The position numbers and the translations under genes are program-made. The notes under the pieces are model-generated. The model made no database searches. It was not told where the DNA came from and saw nothing but the letters and a program-made list of their open reading frames with translations. Below, piece after piece: positions 57,316-64,000 of a DNA stretch of 64,000 bases. How positions within the stretch are numbered: position 1 is the stretch's first letter; every line of letters starts with the position of its first letter. Source of the stretch: Nitrospiraceae bacterium (GTDB lineage Bacteria > Nitrospirota > Nitrospiria > Nitrospirales > Nitrospiraceae); contig JBFWWG010000005.1 of assembly GCA_050246315.1 (NCBI GenBank), positions 242,359 to 306,358 on the forward strand, given 5' to 3'.

Positions 57316-57456
57316 TCCTCACAACGGAGTGAGGATGTAACAGCGGTTCGACACTACAGATCCGGCAGCGCTGTCGGATTGGCTGGCAAAGGCGCCGGCG
57401 GTGAACGAGAAGGGTGATGGTCCACCCTCCCTCGCATCGCGGCGCCTTTTTTGTTT
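57316..57456 (+). promoter_or_regulatory. ANTAR-type attenuator (leader 4)
   Basis: TCCTCAC-AACGGA-GTGAGGA, ATCCGGC-AGCGCT-GTCGGAT, GCTGGC-AAAGGC-GCCGGC; the last overlaps a long terminator stem (57388-57449) ending TTTTTTGTTT. Confidence 0.82.
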
Positions 57457-57483
57457 GGCGACATGAGTGGGGCTGGAATGGAA

Positions 57484-57673
57484 GAGGACAAACACGAGCG
57501 GGGTTTCTCGCGGGCGCCAATGAAGAGGGCTACGCCTGAAGGGCGGCCGGCTCAACCGAAGGTTGGTATGGAGAGTCTGAGGACAATCATGAGAGGGGTT
57601 TCTCGCGGGCGCCAATGAAGAGGGCTACGCCCGATGAGCCGCCGGTTCTAGCAAAGCTTGGTATGGAGGTGAA
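57484..57673 (+). repeat. Tandem direct repeat, 2 x 95 bp
   Basis: 37-bp identical core at 57500-57536 and 57595-57631; flanks align with mismatches. Confidence 0.9.
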
Positions 57674-57674
57674 T

Positions 57675-57878
57675 ATGGCTATGACAACGACAGAAACCAT
57701 GGTCATCGACATCCTACGCCAAGAGGGAACACAAACGATGGAAAGTCTCTGGCAGCGCTCCGGTTTGGATTGGGTGCAAGTGTTTGGCGCGATCGACCAC
57801 CTCAGCCGATCGGGAGAAGTCTCGCTGCGGCGCGCGCCGGAACGCCATTATCAGGTCTCGCTGATGGGAATGCGATGA
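57675..57878 (+). CDS. Small hypothetical protein, possible winged helix
   Basis: GGAGGTGA SD; 67 aa; W.QVFGAIDHLSRSGEV.L; stop overlaps the next ATG. Confidence 0.7.
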   Translation: MAMTTTETMVIDILRQEGTQTMESLWQRSGLDWVQVFGAIDHLSRSGEVSLRRAPERHYQVSLMGMR

Positions 57879-59011
57879 CGCAGATCGCCGCACAGACCCT
57901 CTGGTTGCTGATCGCGACGAGCCTCGCGACCCTGGTCGTCCCGGGCGTGGCCCTGTTCTATGGCGGGATGGTGCGCAGGAAGAATGTGCTCAACACGATC
58001 GGCATGCCCTTCAGTGCCCTGGCGGTCGTCTCGCTTGCGTGGCTGTGCGTCGGCGATGGTCTGATTTATGGACGAGAGGGGGGAGCCTCGCTGCGTCCGC
58101 TCCTTCATGCCGTCATGGCCTCGCTGGCGTTGGCCTTGGTGGCCGGGGCCATCGTGGAGCGAGTCCGCTTTCTCTTCTTCCTCCTGTTCGGCCTGCTCTG
58201 GAGCCTCCTGGTCTATGGACCGGTTGTCTCTTGGCTGTGGGCCGGAGGGTGGCTCGCAAATCTGGCTACTCTTGATTTTGCCGGGGGTGCGGTGATCCAT
58301 CTCAGTGCCGGCGTGACCGCCCTGGTGGCGGCCCTCGTCATGGGAAAACGGCGGGGCTATGGCCGGGTTGAAATTCTCCCCAACCACCTGCCGTTTTCGT
58401 TCTTGGGGGCCGGCTTGATCTGGGTCGGCTGGTTCGGATTGTCCGCCGGAGCCGGGCCGACCTCGATGGCGACCGTGACGACTGCCTTTGTCGCGATCCA
58501 ACTGTCCGGCGCAGCGGCCGCCCTGGTCTGGATGACGGCGGAATGGCTGCAGCGGGACAAGCCGACGGCGTTGGGCATGGCCAGCGGGGTCGTCGCCGGT
58601 CTGGTGGCCATTTCGCCGGGAGCTGCCTACGTGAGTCCCTTGTCCGCCGTGGTGATCGGGATCGGAGCGGGGGGCCTCTGCTACATGGCGGTGAATTACG
58701 TCAAGCTCATTCTGGGCTATGACGACTCCCTGGACGTGTTCGGTATGCACGGAGTCGGCGGCGCCTGGGGCATGGTGGCGACAGGCTTGTTTGCGTCGAC
58801 CAAGGTCAATCCGGACGGGAGTGACGGATTGTTCTATGGCTATCCGTATCAGTTCTTCGCACAGATCGTCGCCGCCATGGCTATTGCGGCCTTTGCCGCG
58901 GGAATGAGCCTGCTTCTGTTGAAGGGCCTGACCTTCGTTGTCTCGCCACGTGTGGACGAATCAGCCGAGGCGATGGGATTGGATCTGTCACAACATGGAG
59001 AGAAGGGATAG
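57875..59011 (+). CDS. Divergent Amt-family transporter (copy 3)
   Basis: PGVALFYGGMVR, DFAGGAVIH, YDDSLDVFGMHG; gate and binding-site residues substituted. Confidence 0.9.
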   Translation: MTQIAAQTLWLLIATSLATLVVPGVALFYGGMVRRKNVLNTIGMPFSALAVVSLAWLCVGDGLIYGREGGASLRPLLHAVMASLALALVAGAIVERVRFLFFLLFGLLWSLLVYGPVVSWLWAGGWLANLATLDFAGGAVIHLSAGVTALVAALVMGKRRGYGRVEILPNHLPFSFLGAGLIWVGWFGLSAGAGPTSMATVTTAFVAIQLSGAAAALVWMTAEWLQRDKPTALGMASGVVAGLVAISPGAAYVSPLSAVVIGIGAGGLCYMAVNYVKLILGYDDSLDVFGMHGVGGAWGMVATGLFASTKVNPDGSDGLFYGYPYQFFAQIVAAMAIAAFAAGMSLLLLKGLTFVVSPRVDESAEAMGLDLSQHGEKG

Positions 59012-59017
59012 GAGCGT

Positions 59018-59464
59018 ATGGCCATCATTCACGATGATATGGGACGACGGAGATTCCTGAGCCAGGCGGTGATGGGCTTCGGCCTGTTGTTTGGGATCGG
59101 TCTGCTGGGTCTGAGGTTCTTTCAGTTTCTCGTGCCGGCGACCAAGCCGAAACGGATCGAGTCGGTCCTGTTGGGAACCGAGGAGAGCCTGCCGCTGGAC
59201 GATGCCGTCGCGATGGAGTTCGGGGGCCATAAGCTGCTGGTGCTGAAAACCGGCGAGGGAATCGCCGCCTTCTCCCGTCGCTGTACCGATCTTGGTTGTC
59301 TGGTGTCGTGGGACAGGCAGCGCGAGGAGTTTGTCTGTCCTTGCCATCAGGGCATTTACGACAAGCGGGGAGCCAACATCGCGGGCCCGCCGCCGCGCCC
59401 GTTGGACCGCTTCGACATCGTCAAACGGGGCGGACAGTTGTACGTCAACATTCGGACCACCTAG
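59018..59464 (+). CDS. Tat-anchored Rieske-type iron-sulfur protein
   Basis: GRRRFL Tat motif plus TM; CTDLGC...CPCHQG...GPPPRPL. Confidence 0.88.
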   Translation: MAIIHDDMGRRRFLSQAVMGFGLLFGIGLLGLRFFQFLVPATKPKRIESVLLGTEESLPLDDAVAMEFGGHKLLVLKTGEGIAAFSRRCTDLGCLVSWDRQREEFVCPCHQGIYDKRGANIAGPPPRPLDRFDIVKRGGQLYVNIRTT

Positions 59465-59474
59465 CGCCTCGGGC

Positions 59475-59565
59475 AGTGCTGAGTCCCGAGTTCTGAGTGC
59501 TGAGGTCACACAGGAGCGGATTTCAATCGTCCTAACTCAGGACTCAGCACCCGGCGCTCAGCACT
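59475..59565. repeat. Inverted heptamer repeat array (GTGCTGA x4 / CTCAGCA x4)
   Basis: gtgctga-gtcccga-gttctga-gtgctga ... ctcagga-ctcagca-cccggcg-ctcagca. Confidence 0.75.
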
Positions 59566-59594
59566 TTACGAAAAGGACGAGTAAGGCACCTGCG

Positions 59595-60617
59595 ATGGCA
59601 ACGCAAGCGGCACAGACCGAACAAGCTGGAAAATCGAAGGGCTGGATCGACTATATCCAGAAGGACCTCCCCGAGCACCTCGATTGGTGGCCGTACACGC
59701 TGGGAGCGATTCCCCTGACGTTGTTCGGCTTCCTCGTCACGACCGGGTTGTTGTTGACCTTCTACTATGTGCCGTCTCCGGGGAAGGCGTATGAGAGCGT
59801 CGAGCACATTACGCATGAGGTGTACCTGGGGTGGTTCGTGCGGGGCGTCCATAAGTTTTCCGTGGATCTGATGATCCTGTTTTTGCTGTTCCACGTTATC
59901 CGCGTGTTTCTCACACGCGCCTACCGGACGCCGGGAGAATTGAAATGGGTGAGTGGCTCGATCGTCCTGTTCATCACCTTGGCCATGGGGTTCACCGGCT
60001 ATTCATTGATTTATGACAACGTCTCTTATTGGGGCATGACGGTCGTGACCAACATGGTGGGTTCGTTGCCGATCGTCGGCACGCCGCTGTTGTACTTGCT
60101 GCGCGGAGGGGAAGAAGTTTCGGACATCACGCTGTTGCGGCTCTACGACCTGCACACGAAGTTGCTCCCGGTGCTGCTCGTCATGCTAGTGGGTGGGCAC
60201 GTCATCGCCGTGCGGCTGATCGGCTTTGCGGAGGTGGCCGGGAGTCGGCGCTTCCATGCGTTCTATCCGGTGCACACCTTGTACATGGGGGCTGTCGCCG
60301 TGGGACTGCTCTTGTTGATTGTGGATCTGGTCATGATCTTTCCGCCGACCTTGGGGCCGCCCGCCAATTTGCAGGAGGTTGCGGCCGACGTGTCGCCGCC
60401 CTGGTATTTCTCCGCACCCTTCATGGTGATTTCCTTGCTCCCGGGACCGGTTGCGCTGTGGGGCTTGCTCGGCGGTGCCGGGTTGTTTGTTGTGTATCCG
60501 TTCGTGGACCGTGCGCTGACGCAGCGGGGCTGGCCGATGGGGCTGGTCAATGGAGCGGTGGGAGCGATCGCCGTGGGGACGATGATCGCCCTGATGTATC
60601 TGGATACGAGAATGTGA
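59595..60617 (+). CDS. Cytochrome b/b6 subunit
   Basis: GWFVRGVH...FHVIRVF, GFTGYSL, SYWG, DLH...GHV (four heme His), PPWYF. Confidence 0.92.
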   Translation: MATQAAQTEQAGKSKGWIDYIQKDLPEHLDWWPYTLGAIPLTLFGFLVTTGLLLTFYYVPSPGKAYESVEHITHEVYLGWFVRGVHKFSVDLMILFLLFHVIRVFLTRAYRTPGELKWVSGSIVLFITLAMGFTGYSLIYDNVSYWGMTVVTNMVGSLPIVGTPLLYLLRGGEEVSDITLLRLYDLHTKLLPVLLVMLVGGHVIAVRLIGFAEVAGSRRFHAFYPVHTLYMGAVAVGLLLLIVDLVMIFPPTLGPPANLQEVAADVSPPWYFSAPFMVISLLPGPVALWGLLGGAGLFVVYPFVDRALTQRGWPMGLVNGAVGAIAVGTMIALMYLDTRM

Positions 60618-60666
60618 TCGCAACCGGAAGGGAGTGGGCGAACGGAACCGTTCAGGAGGGCAAGCG

Positions 60667-62076
60667 ATGGACGATTTGGATAACAAGGCAGAACCGGCGC
60701 ACGACAACAAGGCTGCGATGAATTTTACTCGCTACATGATCGGAGGGCTGTGCCTGATTCTATTTCTGGCCCTGACCGGAGTCGGATACGTGCAGGTGGA
60801 AGAGCGGCGCGAGGGCGGCATCAGGCCGTTTGTGTCAGCCGACAACAAGCGATGCATCGATTGTCATATGGCCAAAGATGTCGGCGTCGGCGGCATCAAC
60901 GACTGGAAGGTCAGCCGCCATGCCCCGAAGGGAATCGGCTGCGTCGAATGCCATCGGGCGGAAAAAGGTGACGCCGATGCCTACGACCATGAAGGCTTCC
61001 TCATCTCCACGCTGGTGACCCCGAAGGATTGCATGCGCTGTCACGATAAGGAGGCAAAGGAATTTGCAAGGTCCCACCATGCCAAGGGTGCGCAGTTTAC
61101 CGGTTCGCTGGACAACTTTCTCGGGAACGTTGTGGAAGGTCCGGAGGTCGTGACGACCGGGTGCGCCGGCTGTCATGGGAGCATCGTCAAGGTGATGGAA
61201 AAGGGGAAACTCCATCCGGCCACCTGGCCGAACTCGGGTATCGGTCGGGTGAATCCGGATGGATCGAAGGGGACCTGTTCCGCCTGCCATGCGCGACACA
61301 GTTTCTCCGTCGCCCAGGCGCGGCAGCCGGAAAGCTGCGGCCGCTGCCACATGGGGCCCGATCATCCGCAGATCGAAGCCTACTACGAGAGCAAACACGG
61401 CGTCATGTACGAGGCCAACAAGGACAAGATGAAGTTGGCCGATCCGTCGGAGAAGTGGCATCCGGGGAAGGATTATCTCTACCCCACCTGCGCCACCTGC
61501 CACATGAGCGCGACCGGCACGCAGGAGGTGACGCACGATGTGGGAGACCGCATCAGTTGGACGCTTCGTCCGGTGATCTCCACGCGGCTGGAAAATTACG
61601 AAGATCGGAGAAAGGCCATGAGACAAGTCTGCTCCTCCTGCCACAGCGAGCAGATTGTGGACCGGTTCTTTACATCAATGGACCAGGGCATCAACCTCTA
61701 TAACGATAAATTCGGCCAGCCGGCGAAGACGGCGATGGACCAACTCCTCGCAATGAAGAAGATTACGCCGACCCCGTATGACGAAAAAATCGAGTGGATC
61801 TTTTATGAACTCTGGCACCATGAGGGACGACGAGCCAGACACGGGCTTTCCAAGGTGGCGCCCGACTATGTCCATTGGCAAGGGTTTTACGAAGTCGCCA
61901 AGAGTTTCTATACCAAGTTCCTGCCGTTGGTGCGCGAGCTGTCGCCGGCGGTGGCGGAAGAGATGCTCCGCCAGGAAGGCCACAAATGGGTCAAGAAGGG
62001 CCTGACCGAGGAGGAGATTGCCGACATGGTTCAGTTCTATGAAAAGGAGATGCAGGGGAAACGCGGAGGCACATGA
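60667..62076 (+). CDS. Octaheme cytochrome c, HAO family (putative nitrite reductase)
   Basis: N-terminal TM; eight CxxCH (CIDCH, CVECH, CMRCH, CAGCH, CSACH, CGRCH, CATCH, CSSCH); HMGPDHPQ.E.Y.ESKHG. Confidence 0.88.
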   Translation: MDDLDNKAEPAHDNKAAMNFTRYMIGGLCLILFLALTGVGYVQVEERREGGIRPFVSADNKRCIDCHMAKDVGVGGINDWKVSRHAPKGIGCVECHRAEKGDADAYDHEGFLISTLVTPKDCMRCHDKEAKEFARSHHAKGAQFTGSLDNFLGNVVEGPEVVTTGCAGCHGSIVKVMEKGKLHPATWPNSGIGRVNPDGSKGTCSACHARHSFSVAQARQPESCGRCHMGPDHPQIEAYYESKHGVMYEANKDKMKLADPSEKWHPGKDYLYPTCATCHMSATGTQEVTHDVGDRISWTLRPVISTRLENYEDRRKAMRQVCSSCHSEQIVDRFFTSMDQGINLYNDKFGQPAKTAMDQLLAMKKITPTPYDEKIEWIFYELWHHEGRRARHGLSKVAPDYVHWQGFYEVAKSFYTKFLPLVRELSPAVAEEMLRQEGHKWVKKGLTEEEIADMVQFYEKEMQGKRGGT

Positions 62077-62108
62077 AGGAACATGATGGGACAATGGAAG
62101 GGAACCCC

Positions 62109-63683
62109 ATGAACAAGATTGAGGCGATCAAACGCGAACGAGACGGACTGTTGGTTCGGGACCTAATTGCCCACTATGCGGTGGCCGGGTGGGAAACGAT
62201 TCCGGAGGCTGACGTCCAGCGGTTGAAGTGGCATGGCCTCTTCTTGCGCAACCCGACGCCGGGGTTCTTCATGGTCCGCGTCCGCGTTCCCGGGGGGGTG
62301 ACCACCACCGCCCAATTGCGAACCTTGGCGGACCTTGCGGCGACCTACGGGAACGGTCTGTTGGATATCACGACGCGGCAACAGATCCAACTCCGGCACC
62401 TCCGGATCAACGATGTCCCGGCGGTGTTTGCTCGGATGGAAGGAGTCGGACTGACCTCGCTGCAAACCGGCATGGACAACGTGCGGAACGTGATGACCTG
62501 TCCGGTCTCAGGGCTTAGCCCCGACGAAATCGTGGAAAGCATGGGAATTGTGCGGGCGCTCCACGAGGAGGTCATCGGAAACGCGGCCTTTTCCAATCTA
62601 CCCCGGAAAGTGAATGTGGCCGTGACCGGCTGTCCGCACAACTGCCTGCACATGGAAACGCAAGACCTGGCCTTGGTCCCCGCGTACTACGATCTGGGCC
62701 ATGACCGTTGCGTGGGCTTCAACGTGCTGGTAGGTGGCAAACTTGGCTCAGGCGGGTATCGCATTGCCACACCTTTGGATGTTTTTGTGAATCCGGAGGA
62801 GGCGCTGGAGGTCTGTCGGGCGATCCTTGAGGTCTATCGCGACCATGGGCCAAGGGAGAATCGCACGCAGGCGAGATTGGCCTTCTTGATCGACGCCTGG
62901 GGAGAGGGCCGGTTCCGAGCGGAGGTGGAAGCTCGGGTTGGCAAGCGACTACTGCCGGCCGGCATCGATGCCCGGAAGCCGGGCGAACAGGACCATGTCG
63001 GCATTTTTCGACAACGGCAACGGGGCATGAACTACGTCGGATTGAAAGTCCTTGTCGGACGGATCACGGCGGAAGATCTCATCAACGTCCTTGACCTGGC
63101 CGATCAGTATGGCACCGGAGAGGTGCGCCTGACCTCCAACCAAGCGCTGATCATTCCCAATGTCGGCGATCGGAAGGTCGGGGAGCTGGCCGAGGAGCCC
63201 TTGCTCAAACAATTCACGTACAATCCCGATCCGCTCTATCGCGGACTTGTGAGTTGTGTCGGGAGCGACTACTGCAACCTGGCGGTGATCGAAACCAAGT
63301 CGCGGGCGGTCCAGACCGCGAAGGCTCTAGAGGCGAAGCTGGGAACGACCTTAAAGCCGATCACCATGCACTGGTCCGGCTGTCCCGCCGGTTGCGGCAA
63401 CCATCTGGTGGCGGATGTAGGGTTGCTGGGGAAAAAAGCCAAGGTCGACGGCAAAGTGGTCGATGCGGTGGATATCTACGTCGGCGGGCGGTCCGGGCTG
63501 GACCCCAAGCCGGCGATCAAGATCATGGAGGACGTGCCCTGCGAGAGGTTGCCGACCGTCCTCGAAGGTCTGCTCCCGTATCACACGCGGCAGAAGATGC
63601 ATCGGGTTCGCGGTCGCGAGATAAAGAAGCCGGTTGCGCCTTCGGCCTCAGCGAGTGAACGGTCGGCTTCTCGGGTAGCGTGA
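62109..63683 (+). CDS. nirA: Ferredoxin-nitrite reductase (siroheme)
   Basis: NKIEAIK, ITTRQQIQL, DNVRN, NLPRK, CVGSDYC and GCPAGC cluster ligands; start may be 62073. Confidence 0.9.
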   Translation: MNKIEAIKRERDGLLVRDLIAHYAVAGWETIPEADVQRLKWHGLFLRNPTPGFFMVRVRVPGGVTTTAQLRTLADLAATYGNGLLDITTRQQIQLRHLRINDVPAVFARMEGVGLTSLQTGMDNVRNVMTCPVSGLSPDEIVESMGIVRALHEEVIGNAAFSNLPRKVNVAVTGCPHNCLHMETQDLALVPAYYDLGHDRCVGFNVLVGGKLGSGGYRIATPLDVFVNPEEALEVCRAILEVYRDHGPRENRTQARLAFLIDAWGEGRFRAEVEARVGKRLLPAGIDARKPGEQDHVGIFRQRQRGMNYVGLKVLVGRITAEDLINVLDLADQYGTGEVRLTSNQALIIPNVGDRKVGELAEEPLLKQFTYNPDPLYRGLVSCVGSDYCNLAVIETKSRAVQTAKALEAKLGTTLKPITMHWSGCPAGCGNHLVADVGLLGKKAKVDGKVVDAVDIYVGGRSGLDPKPAIKIMEDVPCERLPTVLEGLLPYHTRQKMHRVRGREIKKPVAPSASASERSASRVA

Positions 63684-63726
63684 GGAGAAAATCTGACGAA
63701 TCCTCGCATCCAGATGTAGAGTAGTG

Positions 63727-63874
63727 ATGTCACTACAATTTGAAGGTCAAAAGGCGCAGATCAGTCTTCGTGAGTCCAATCAGCAATTCTCTCGACTGAT
63801 GAAGGCTGTCAGAGGAGGACGCGAAGAGTTGTTAACGGAGCGTGGCAGGCCACTCGCGGTGATTAGACCTATTC
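63727..63874 (+). pseudogene. Phd/YefM-like antitoxin fragment interrupted by an IS
   Basis: ISLRESNQQFSRLMKAVRGG.E.LLTERGRPLAVIRP; the frame then runs into the IS end. Confidence 0.65.
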
Positions 63875-64000
63875 TGACCTTCCCCCGATTTCACAGACAC
63901 CTGTATAAGGAGGAGTTTGATGAAATTGGAGGACGGTATGAGCACCAAGACCAGACGGCAGTACACAGAAGAGTTTAAGGCGGAAGCAGTTCGATTGGTC
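63875..64000 (+). mobile_element. IS3-family element, left end and start of OrfA (truncated by window end)
   Basis: End begins TGACCTTCCCCCG; SD GGAGG; ATG 63938 MSTKTRRQYTEEFKAEAVRLV is typical of IS3 OrfA HTH. Confidence 0.85.

Noticed and set aside
57500..57668. The tandem repeat as a CRISPR array or hammerhead ribozyme
   Set aside because: Only two copies, the intervening sequences are homologous rather than unique spacers, and no cas genes are present. The CUGANGA-like segment lacks the required GAAA after stem II.
60667..62076. Octaheme protein as a comammox hydroxylamine dehydrogenase (haoA)
   Set aside because: No haoB, cycA, cycB or amo neighbours; the assimilatory context (nirA, cynS, amt) favours a reductive HAO-like protein.

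Overview
Bacterial chromosome window, very probably from a nitrite-oxidising Nitrospira; this is inferred from gene content and protein character, not from a search. Bases 1-25.2 kb are housekeeping: the S10-spc-alpha ribosomal protein cluster (rpsS to rplQ with secY, adk, map, infA, rpoA), lptCAB-rpoN-hpf-rapZ, pilMNOPQ and aroB. From 25.2 kb to the end is a ~38 kb nitrogen-acquisition region. It holds a GAF-GAF-ANTAR RNA-binding regulator, a decayed IS1595 element, two lipoproteins and four gene blocks: (1) porin-urtABCDE-ureABCFGD, (2) nadE-beta-barrel-amtB-PII-glnD-glnA, (3) cyanate ABC transporter-cynS-amtB, (4) a divergent amt, Rieske protein, cytochrome b, octaheme cytochrome c and nirA. 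An IS3 element starts at the right edge. The main observation is that each of the four blocks is preceded by a non-coding leader with paired C-(ANNGNN)-G hexaloop hairpins whose last hairpin overlaps an intrinsic terminator. This is the architecture of ANTAR antitermination. Together with the local GAF-GAF-ANTAR gene it points to an RNA-level regulon for urea, cyanate, ammonium and nitrite assimilation. I do not know of a description of this in Nitrospira, but I cannot verify novelty.
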